Source: an uncultured Acidimicrobiaceae bacterium (lineage in GTDB: Bacteria; Actinomycetota; Acidimicrobiia; Acidimicrobiales; SZUA-35). From it: DNA of 58,001 nucleotides. The position numbers and the translations under genes are program-made. Shown here one piece after another: positions 43,191-51,144 of this stretch. How positions within the stretch are numbered: the first letter of the stretch is position 1; every line of letters begins with the position of its first letter. Under the pieces are notes generated by a model. The model made no database searches. It worked only from the letters and a program-made list of their open reading frames with translations, and was not told the origin of the DNA. The stretch spans positions 26,219 to 84,219 of the forward strand of contig CAZSTV010000003.1 in the NCBI GenBank assembly GCA_964609665.1, read 5' to 3'.

Positions 43191-46100
43191 CTACTCGACG
43201 ACGAGTTTGCGGCGACGGCTCCACCACAGCAGGCCGATGCCTGCCACAATGGACCAGCTTGCCAGCATCAGCTGAATGGCCACCATGCTCGGACCGGTGA
43301 AGGCCAGCGTGGTGGGACCGTCAGGCGTGATGCCTGCATCGACGGTGAGGTCCAGTTCACCTGGGCTGAGGTTGATGACGTCGGTCCGACCGGTGGGCAG
43401 CGGGTCGCTGTCCGCAGTGTCGTCGCCCTGGTTGCGGACCGTCCACCCTCGATCCTCAGGATCGGTGAATGTCACGCAGTAGTCGCCGGGGGAAAGCCCA
43501 TCGACAATCCACATTCCCTGGGCGTCGGTTACCGCCGAGCCGACGGCTACGTTCGGGCCGCAGCTGTAGACGGTGGCGGTGATGCCAGGCACGGCTGCTT
43601 CGTTGGCGTCCTGCACGCCGTCACGGTCCACATCGAACCAGACGTAGTTGCCAATGCCCGCAGCCTGCACAAAGCCGAAGTCAACCGTCGGGTTGTTTGA
43701 ACCGTTGGGCTCACCAACGGCGGCCAACACGATCGGCTGGGACCGGACGGCGCCACCGAAGATCATGTCGCCGTTGTCGTCGTCATCGTTGTCATTGTCC
43801 GGATCGGGTGCGGTGCCGTTGATGTTGTTGCCGCTGGATGAACCGAAGCCGTACAGAGCACCACCGGAGGTGAAGTTTCCGGCGATCATCTCAACGATGT
43901 AGGTACCCTCTTCAAGCCCGGTGAAGCTGTAGTTGCCGTTCACATCGGTGCTCGTGATCCGGTTGTTGCCGGAGCCATCGGTGACCGGGTTACCGGCGCC
44001 GTCGAATAGGTGCAGGACCGCATGAGCCACCACTGCCTCTGCCGGGTCCTTCACGCCATCGTTGTTGGCGTCGAACCACACCAGGTTGCCAAGCGACGCT
44101 GTGTAGAAACCAAAGTCCACCGTGAGGTTCGAGCTACCGTCGGCGATGCCGTTCGGCGACTCATCAACCTCGGCGGTCGGTTCGGTCCCGACCGTCACGG
44201 TGACGGTCGAAGAACGAACCGCGCTGCCAACCTGTTCGCCGTCGCTGTTGTCATCGACGTCGTCATCGGCGTTGGTGCTCACCCCTGAGCCGGTCGAAAT
44301 GTACCAACCGGCAAGCGGCGCACCGGCGGCAAACATCGATGCCGGGATCTCCACCACATACGAGCCGGGTGCAAGGCTGGGGAACGAATAGTGGCCGTCG
44401 GCGTCGGTCGTTTCCGAGGCGATCTGATTGCCATCGCTGTCGAGCAGGTTGACCGTCACCCCGGGGGCGGCCGACTCGCCGGCATCCCTGACACCGTCAT
44501 TGTCGATGTCGAACCAGACCAGGTTGCCAAGCTCAACGCCTGGCACCATGCCGAAGTCGAAGGTGTGGTCGGTGACCGACACGTTGACCGAGATGGACGG
44601 CAGGCCGTTCATCAACATCGCGTCGGAGTCCAGCGCATCATCGGACCCGGCATCGGCCACGGTCACAACACCCTTGCCAACGTGTGCCCCTCCGGCGGCG
44701 AAGACGCCACCGGCGTTGTAGTTGGTTTGGGCCAGACGGACTTTGTAGTCGGTGTCGGCGGTGATGTTATCGAAATAGTAGGTGCCGTTGGCATCGGTGG
44801 TGGTAGTAGCGATCACCGAGCCCGAGCTGTCGAGCAGCTCGACGACGACGCCGTTCAGCGGCTGCTCACCCGGGTCCTGAATGCCGTCCTCGTTTGCGTC
44901 GAACCAGACACGGTTGCCAATTTGGATCGAGGCGATACCACAGTTGGCCTCAAGATCGCCGATACCGGCGGCCTTCTCGAACGTTCCGATGTCAATCCCT
45001 GCGGTGCGACCGTTGTAGAGCCGGACACCGTTGACCTTGTCACCGGTGGTGTTGTCGAACCAGGCAAGGCCGCCGGACTGCCAGGTGTTGGCAGCGTCGT
45101 TCGGGTCGAACGAGTTTGAAATCACATAGGGCCGGCCGGGGATCTGCACCACGGCACCGATGGCGGTCTCTACGTGGGAAGTCGAATAGAAATCGCCGTC
45201 GTAGAAGTAGTCGCGGGAGTCATCATCGCCCGCCGGGAAGCTGTAGGACGAGCCACCCCAGACACCGCGGACGATGTCACCGGAGGAAATGGGCTGCTCC
45301 GAAGCGAAGCCGGCGTTGGGCTGGATGGCGGCACTCCAGTCCTCGTAGAACGCGTTGGCACCGGTCTGGTGAGCCCAGCGATCCATCACGCTGACGATGA
45401 TGTCGTCGCCGTCGAAGTCGATATCGGAGACCATCGGCTGCGGGTAGGTGTTGCCATAGTCTGGCAGGTCGGCCGAAGCGTACGGCATCTTGTCCACCCA
45501 CGGTCGCCACTCCGCCACCTGGCTGAATGCTGTTCCGCCGCTCACGCTGCTGCCGCGAGATGTGGTGGGCACCGGGACGGTGGTCACCTGACTGAAGAAG
45601 CTTCCGTCAAAGGAATGCACCCATGCGCCGAGAGCGGATGGAGTACCGAGTGCCGGCCCCGCGGAAGTAATCGGGGAGAACGATGCAGGAACCGTGGATT
45701 CTGCAGAGCAGACGGCACCGACGTGGAGCAGTCCGGCTTCGTTGAAGCCAAGGCCGAACGGTCGAACGTCACTGGCGGCGCAACTGCCGCTGATGCCGAG
45801 GGTGGTGGCGGTGATGGCAGTCCGTGTGACAGCGCCAGCGCTGCCGTCGGCATTGATTGTCACGGCGACCAGTTCACGGCGGCCAAGGTCGATGGTGTAG
45901 AGCGTGGAACCGTCGGGGCTGACTTCGACGTCACCAAGGCCGGCCTTGCCGACATCATCGAAGGCACCGAAGTCATACATCCAACCGTCGAGCGGGTTGC
46001 TCAACCCAAGCGCCGTAGCGTCGGCTTCGGCGGTGTGGGGATCGGTTGCGGTGGGGTCGGAGACAAACCATGTGCTGAGCGAACCGGACTCGGTGAGCCG

Positions 46101-46868
46101 GTAGATCGTGGTGGGGTTGCCAACGAGGCGGGTGTGGCGCTTCACCATGGAGCCGAGGAACACGTCGCCGTTCTTGGGGTTGACGCCCTGTCCCCAGACC
46201 GTGCCAACCTGGCCCAGGGTTGCGGTGACTTCATAGGACGGTGACGCCCAGTCGGTTTCGGCGTTCGAGTCCTGCACCCCGTCGACCACCTTCACAACGG
46301 CGGGCATGTTGTCATGATCGGCAACGTTGCCGAACAGGAAACATGACGTGATCAGGTGGGGGTTGTTCTGACAGAACGATCCGGGGGCGACAATGCCGAG
46401 GTTGCCCGCAGCGCCGTCACCGTCGAACGGAGCGGCGCAGTCGCTCGGCGCGGCGATGAACTGGGTCATCGTGCCGCTGTCCGGTCCGGCGTGGCCGGAC
46501 TGCCAGCCCGACGGCAGGGTGGAGAACTCCACCCGGACCGGGAACTGGGCATCGTCCACGGTCACGCTCCACTCACCGTTTGCATCGGTGGTGTCGGTAA
46601 CGACCACGCCGGTCGAGGAGGTCACCGTGACGGTAACACCCGCAACGCCGGGGTCGAGCTCGGTGGAGAACGATCCGGTGCTGGAACCCTGCGAGTCGTT
46701 GACCTCGCTGTAGTCCTCGTTTCGTTCACCGTCGGCGTCGTAGTCTTCATAGACGACGCCGCCACATGAGACGGGTGTGGCCGAGGCGACCGACGGTGAG
46801 AATGTCACCGTGATCGCGAGCAGTATGAAGGCGAGGACGGCTCGCCCTGCCGATCGCAACGTATACAT
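43191..46868 (-). CDS. Cell-wall-anchored (LAFTG sorting signal) surface protein with 5 SdrD-B/Cna-B-like repeats and a ~450-aa unassigned central domain
   Basis: Signal peptide (AVLAFILLAITVTFSPSVASA). Repeats are of the form GN.VWFD.N.DG..D..E......V.L.D..G.......TD..G.Y.F. The C-terminus is LAFTG followed by a hydrophobic helix and RRRK, which is the sortase-E-type LAxTG signal. Confidence 0.8.
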   Translation of the reverse strand: MYTLRSAGRAVLAFILLAITVTFSPSVASATPVSCGGVVYEDYDADGERNEDYSEVNDSQGSSTGSFSTELDPGVAGVTVTVTSSTGVVVTDTTDANGEWSVTVDDAQFPVRVEFSTLPSGWQSGHAGPDSGTMTQFIAAPSDCAAPFDGDGAAGNLGIVAPGSFCQNNPHLITSCFLFGNVADHDNMPAVVKVVDGVQDSNAETDWASPSYEVTATLGQVGTVWGQGVNPKNGDVFLGSMVKRHTRLVGNPTTIYRLTESGSLSTWFVSDPTATDPHTAEADATALGLSNPLDGWMYDFGAFDDVGKAGLGDVEVSPDGSTLYTIDLGRRELVAVTINADGSAGAVTRTAITATTLGISGSCAASDVRPFGLGFNEAGLLHVGAVCSAESTVPASFSPITSAGPALGTPSALGAWVHSFDGSFFSQVTTVPVPTTSRGSSVSGGTAFSQVAEWRPWVDKMPYASADLPDYGNTYPQPMVSDIDFDGDDIIVSVMDRWAHQTGANAFYEDWSAAIQPNAGFASEQPISSGDIVRGVWGGSSYSFPAGDDDSRDYFYDGDFYSTSHVETAIGAVVQIPGRPYVISNSFDPNDAANTWQSGGLAWFDNTTGDKVNGVRLYNGRTAGIDIGTFEKAAGIGDLEANCGIASIQIGNRVWFDANEDGIQDPGEQPLNGVVVELLDSSGSVIATTTTDANGTYYFDNITADTDYKVRLAQTNYNAGGVFAAGGAHVGKGVVTVADAGSDDALDSDAMLMNGLPSISVNVSVTDHTFDFGMVPGVELGNLVWFDIDNDGVRDAGESAAPGVTVNLLDSDGNQIASETTDADGHYSFPSLAPGSYVVEIPASMFAAGAPLAGWYISTGSGVSTNADDDVDDNSDGEQVGSAVRSSTVTVTVGTEPTAEVDESPNGIADGSSNLTVDFGFYTASLGNLVWFDANNDGVKDPAEAVVAHAVLHLFDGAGNPVTDGSGNNRITSTDVNGNYSFTGLEEGTYIVEMIAGNFTSGGALYGFGSSSGNNINGTAPDPDNDNDDDDNGDMIFGGAVRSQPIVLAAVGEPNGSNNPTVDFGFVQAAGIGNYVWFDVDRDGVQDANEAAVPGITATVYSCGPNVAVGSAVTDAQGMWIVDGLSPGDYCVTFTDPEDRGWTVRNQGDDTADSDPLPTGRTDVINLSPGELDLTVDAGITPDGPTTLAFTGPSMVAIQLMLASWSIVAGIGLLWWSRRRKLVVE

Positions 46869-47010
46869 ATGAATGCCGGTTCCTTGGAAGACGGATTTGA
46901 TGTCCGAAATCTCGTCGGCGCCAGCCCATCAAGTGTGAGCAGTTCGAGCAATCCGCGGCCGGAGCCCCAATGAAATAGGGCCGCTTCCCTACCGGTGCCT
47001 CTGCCGAGTA

Positions 47011-47916
47011 ATGTCGTGCCGTGGCCAGGGGGACCAGATACATGCCGTTCGACGCGGCGGATCGCTAGCAGGCGGTACGGCAGTGTTTCCGTCGCTTTTC
47101 GAGATCGCCGGTGTACCGGTCGACACCCACACCACCTTCATCGCGCTCGGCCTCATCGCCGCAACCGTCTCACTGCTTATCGAGGCCCGACGCCGAGGCA
47201 AGCTTGATCAGCGACTGATCATCATCGGCGTCGGAGCGTTGGCCGCGGCAGGCGTCACCTCTCGCCTCGGGACCGGCATTGCGTACCTAGCGACCGAGCC
47301 GGACCCGACCTACCGGGGTCTGCTGGTAGAGGCGGGTCGAAGCCTGCTCGGCGGACTCGTCGGTGCCTACATCGGAGTGGAGGTCACAAAGCGGTTCGTC
47401 GGTGTTGGCGAATCCACCGGGGATCTGTTCGCTCCCGGGGTGGCACTCGGCCTCGCCATCGGTCGCATCGGCTGCTTCCTGACCGAGCAACTGGGCACGC
47501 CAAGTTCACTCCCATGGTCGATGACAATGAACGAGACTGGCGTGGATCGCGGTCTGCTGTGTCTGGACTGCGGGCAGTGTCCCACCTGCAATCCCGACAC
47601 CTCGTTCCATCCGTCGTTCCTCTACGAGATCACATTCCACACCATCGCCTTCGTCGTGCTCCGGCGGAAGCGCCACGATCCAAAGTGGCGGGACAAACTC
47701 CTGAGGCGCTACCTGATTGCCTATGCCGCGTTTCGGTTCCTGGTCGAGTTCGTCCGCGGCAACGTCGAGTTTCTCTTCGGCCTGACCGGCTCCCAGATCT
47801 TCATTATCTGCACCTCAACAATCACCGTGGCGTTGCTCCTGGCGACCAGGGTCCGCCGCAACCCAACAGCGAACACCGACGCCGCACCGGGCGATCAGGA
47901 GGCCACCTTCGTATGA
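47011..47916 (+). CDS. Prolipoprotein diacylglyceryl transferase (Lgt)-family membrane protein with a Cys-rich insert
   Basis: Lgt-type motifs GRIGCFLTEQLGTPSSLPW, HPSFLYE and YAAFRFLVEFVRGN, with about 7 TM helices. The true start may be the GTG at 47083 (VFPSLFEIAGVPV...). Confidence 0.65.
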   Translation: MSCRGQGDQIHAVRRGGSLAGGTAVFPSLFEIAGVPVDTHTTFIALGLIAATVSLLIEARRRGKLDQRLIIIGVGALAAAGVTSRLGTGIAYLATEPDPTYRGLLVEAGRSLLGGLVGAYIGVEVTKRFVGVGESTGDLFAPGVALGLAIGRIGCFLTEQLGTPSSLPWSMTMNETGVDRGLLCLDCGQCPTCNPDTSFHPSFLYEITFHTIAFVVLRRKRHDPKWRDKLLRRYLIAYAAFRFLVEFVRGNVEFLFGLTGSQIFIICTSTITVALLLATRVRRNPTANTDAAPGDQEATFV

Positions 47917-48341
47917 CCGACGATCCCAACCTCCCGTTTCAGCCGCCGAGTGGGCCGCGGCGCCAACCCGGGCCGGGGTCCGGGCCCGGACCCGGCAAGC
48001 CCTCGGTCAAGTCGAGCGGCGGCTACTCCTTGCTCGGTTTGTTCTTCGGGTTGGCGTGGGGACTCGTCGCGCCGCTCATCGTCGGTGGGTTGATCGCTGG
48101 GATGCTGGGGGCGATGGGCGTTACAGCCGGCCTGCAGTTGGCGCTGTCGATCATCGGGGCGGCGGTCATCGTGCTCGGCGCCTTCATCCTGGTCATCACC
48201 CAGTCCGATCCGAACATCCCGAGCCAAGCGGGCATCCGCATCGCAATGAAGGTGTCGGCCATCACCACCGTTGCTGTGTGGGGCATTGGGCTGCTGCTCG
48301 TCGGCCTGTGTTTCGCACTTCTCGTCGGGGCATACCAGTGA
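47913..48341 (+). CDS. Small polytopic membrane protein (Pro/Gly-rich N-terminus, 3-4 TM), unknown function
   Basis: Trimmed to ATG 47913, an ATGA overlap with the Lgt-like stop, with a CAGGAGG RBS 11-17 bp upstream. The rest of track ORF 47514.. lies inside the Lgt-like CDS. Confidence 0.55.
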   Translation: MTDDPNLPFQPPSGPRRQPGPGSGPGPGKPSVKSSGGYSLLGLFFGLAWGLVAPLIVGGLIAGMLGAMGVTAGLQLALSIIGAAVIVLGAFILVITQSDPNIPSQAGIRIAMKVSAITTVAVWGIGLLLVGLCFALLVGAYQ

Positions 48342-49972
48342 CAAGACACATCGATTCGCTCGGCGCGGCGCCGGGGATGCCCGTTAGAGAGGACACCATC
48401 CGCCAGTACGTGACGGCGTACTGCGGCGAATGCCACCGGGAGAATCCCGACGCGCCGCTCAGCTCGGTCGGCCGCTTGGCCGGCTACCTGTCCGAAGCCG
48501 ACGGCCAGGTCTGGCTGGTCCGCGGCTGCCCGACCCATGGGCGAGTCATCACCCTGTACGACGAGAGTCCGGAGATTTTGGACTGGTTGGAACGGTGGAC
48601 GGCGCCGACAAAGCACCACGTGCCGGACACCCCGGGCAACTATGACCCGATCCCCCAGGCCTACGCCAAAGGTCTCGGTGAGCTCCAGACCCAGCACACC
48701 TGCATTCTCTTGGAAGACATCATCGAGGGGTGCAACCTTTCCTGCCCGACGTGCTTCACCGACTCACCGACCAGGGCCGACACCTCGGTCCCGATGGACC
48801 AGATCCTCGCATCGGTGGATCAGCGACTGGCTCGGGAGAACGGACGTATTGACGTTGTCATGCTCAGCGGTGGCGAACCGACGCTCCACCCGGAGCTGCC
48901 CCAACTGCTCGACGAGCTGACCTCGCGCGATATCCATCGCATCCTCATCAACACCAACGGCGTTCTCCTGGCCAGAGACGACGAGCTGCTGCAGACAATC
49001 CAAGCTCACGACGAACGGGTAGAGGTCTACCTCCAGTTCGACGGGCTGCGAGGGTCAACCCACCGTCACCATCGCGGCGCAGACCTCGGCCAGATGAAGT
49101 TGCGGGCCATCGAGCGACTGAGCGAGGCGGAGATCTTCACCACCCTCACCATGACCGCGGCCAAGGGCGTCAACGACGACGAGATCGGTGATGTGATCGC
49201 GGTGGCGTTGGCCAACGACTACGTCGGTGGGGTGAGCATCCAACCGGAGTTTGGTTCCGGCCGCGGTGGCGGCATAGACCCGATCGACCGTCTCACCCAC
49301 ACCGGGGTGCTTGCCAGACTGGAAGACCAGACCGGTGGCCAGGTGACGTGGCGAGACCTGACGGCGCTGCCGTGTTCTCACCCCCACTGCGCAAGCGTCG
49401 GGTATCTCCTCAAAACCGACGACCGCAACTGGCAGTCGCTGATATCGCTCATCGGCGAGGATCAGTTGGCCCAGCACCTCGACCTGGTCTCGAACAAGGT
49501 GACCAGTCCCGAATTTGCCAGAGAAACCAAGACGCTGGTCAAGCAGGCAATCCTCGGTTTGCTGAGCGACCAAACCTCGCTCTCCCACCCCGACATCGGC
49601 AAGGCGTTCTCTACGGTCTGTGCCAGCTGCGACCTTGGCGTCGGAGAACTGGCCCGCCTCGCTGCGGGGCGGTTCGGGTCCGGCCGCAAACTCCGCCGGC
49701 TCCTCGCGGAACGCGTGGTCCGGGTGACCGTCAAACCGTTCATGGACATCGACACGATGATCGAGCCACGGCTCATGCAGTGCTGTGTGCACGTCGGCAC
49801 AAAGTCGGTCGATGACGCTCACCAGTGCGCGCCGTTCTGCGCTGTCCAGGCCTGGGGGCCTCTGTCCGACAGCCGACTGTCGCTGGCCACTGGGCCGACG
49901 GCGGCAAGTGCGGTAGGTGCAGCGGGCGCTACGGGCGCCGCGGCTCCGGTCACCATCGGGGTACGGCGATGA
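48338..49972 (+). CDS. Radical SAM enzyme with N-terminal Cys/His knuckle and C-terminal auxiliary-cluster cysteines (COG1964/Tes-like architecture, unverified)
   Basis: Trimmed to GTG 48338, a GTGA overlap with the upstream stop. CxxxCxxC = CNLSCPTC (48731-48754). The N-terminus has YCGECH...GCPTHG. The C-terminus has Cys pairs CSHPHC, CASC, CC and CAPFC. SGGEPTL is present. Confidence 0.8.
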   Translation: MTRHIDSLGAAPGMPVREDTIRQYVTAYCGECHRENPDAPLSSVGRLAGYLSEADGQVWLVRGCPTHGRVITLYDESPEILDWLERWTAPTKHHVPDTPGNYDPIPQAYAKGLGELQTQHTCILLEDIIEGCNLSCPTCFTDSPTRADTSVPMDQILASVDQRLARENGRIDVVMLSGGEPTLHPELPQLLDELTSRDIHRILINTNGVLLARDDELLQTIQAHDERVEVYLQFDGLRGSTHRHHRGADLGQMKLRAIERLSEAEIFTTLTMTAAKGVNDDEIGDVIAVALANDYVGGVSIQPEFGSGRGGGIDPIDRLTHTGVLARLEDQTGGQVTWRDLTALPCSHPHCASVGYLLKTDDRNWQSLISLIGEDQLAQHLDLVSNKVTSPEFARETKTLVKQAILGLLSDQTSLSHPDIGKAFSTVCASCDLGVGELARLAAGRFGSGRKLRRLLAERVVRVTVKPFMDIDTMIEPRLMQCCVHVGTKSVDDAHQCAPFCAVQAWGPLSDSRLSLATGPTAASAVGAAGATGAAAPVTIGVRR

Positions 49973-50262
49973 CCGATCCCCGCGTGCCACGACAGCTCCT
50001 CGGGCATGAGTTCAGCGGGGCAACCGCTGCGGCCGACCCGCTCGGCTGGTGTGTCATTGCGACCACCGCACTGCTGACGTGGCTGTTCGGTCCCATCGTT
50101 CTGGCCATCCTGGCTGCCATCGGTTTCGTCAAGTATTGGCGGGCATGGCGTTCAGGCCGACAGGACAGCCAGTGCATTCTGGGCGACATGCGCATCGTCC
50201 TGACCTACCTGGCCGTGCTCACGGTCATCGGTGTGGTGGCAACGCTCTGGTGGCTCAGCTAA
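49969..50262 (+). CDS. Small membrane protein (2-3 TM), unknown function
   Basis: ATG 49969 forms an ATGA overlap with the radical SAM stop. Hydrophobic segments are WCVIATTALLTWLFGPIVLAILAAIGFV and IVLTYLAVLTVIGVVATLWW. Confidence 0.5.
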   Translation: MTDPRVPRQLLGHEFSGATAAADPLGWCVIATTALLTWLFGPIVLAILAAIGFVKYWRAWRSGRQDSQCILGDMRIVLTYLAVLTVIGVVATLWWLS

Positions 50263-50445
50263 TATTTTGCTCGGCGGCTTGCCACGCCAAACCTTCGCTC
50301 CCGACGCCCACGCTGTCGGCCTTGGAAGGCAAAGGGGACCTCGAGTGCCCGGCAGGAAGACAAGAACCTCCTGACGTGTCCGGTGCACGTCGGTTGAGCG
50401 TGGGTTGACCGGCAGGCCGAGAGGGACACGGGAAGGCAGTTTCAC

Positions 50446-51108
50446 ATGAGCAAGCAAGAATCGTTCAAGCGGCGTGTCCGGCAACGTATGGCCAAGACCG
50501 GTGAGCGCTACACCACCGCCCGCCACGCGCTGTTGGAGCAGACACCGTCGGGACGACGACGGCGCTGGATGGCCGAACCCGAGAGCGGGGACGAGTCGGT
50601 CACTGCCGCAACGGGCAAGAGCTGGGATGACTGGTGTGACCTCATCGACCAGTGGCCGGGTCGAAACGACGGACACACCGCAATTGCGGCCTACCTGGCG
50701 TCGGATCATGGCGTCGACCCGTGGTGGTCACAGCAGGTCACCGGTGGGTACGAGCGAATCACCGGGCTGCGTCTCCCCTATGAGCGGCCGGACGGCACGT
50801 TCACCGCCGGTAAGTCTCAGACCATCACGGTCGATGGTGGCCGGCTGCGTGATCTGCTACTCGATGATGACTCGCGAACAGACCTGTTCCCCGGCCATCA
50901 CACCGAGCTTCGTTCAAAGCCAACGTCCAAGACAGTCAGAATTGCGATCGGGCCCGGCGTCGCCCAGTTTGGGATCGGGCCGACGAACAACGGCCGAGCC
51001 AAAGTGACCGTGTCGCACGAGAAACTCCCGAGCTATGACCTGGTCGAGGAATGGAAGTTCTACTGGACCGAGTGGCTGGACGCCATCGACCAACCGGTCG
51101 ATGACTGA
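50446..51108 (+). CDS. Conserved hypothetical protein (N-terminal basic helix SFKRRVRQRMAKTGERYTTARHAL; GKSWDDW...HGVDPWWSQQVTGGYE motif)
   Basis: 220 aa with coding-like composition. The motifs recur in actinobacterial proteins as I recall, but I cannot name the family confidently. Confidence 0.5.
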   Translation: MSKQESFKRRVRQRMAKTGERYTTARHALLEQTPSGRRRRWMAEPESGDESVTAATGKSWDDWCDLIDQWPGRNDGHTAIAAYLASDHGVDPWWSQQVTGGYERITGLRLPYERPDGTFTAGKSQTITVDGGRLRDLLLDDDSRTDLFPGHHTELRSKPTSKTVRIAIGPGVAQFGIGPTNNGRAKVTVSHEKLPSYDLVEEWKFYWTEWLDAIDQPVDD

Positions 51109-51144
51109 TGCGGTGACGTCTGCCCGGGAACGTTCAGGATTCGG

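Noticed and set aside
44391-46244. 242-aa and 356-aa plus-strand ORFs (44391..45119, 45174..46244)
   Set aside because: They are antisense to the repeat-rich LAFTG surface protein gene and are shadow ORFs.
49055-49990. 311-aa minus-strand ORF
   Set aside because: It is antisense to the radical SAM gene, whose CxxxCxxC and SGGEPTL motifs fix the coding strand.
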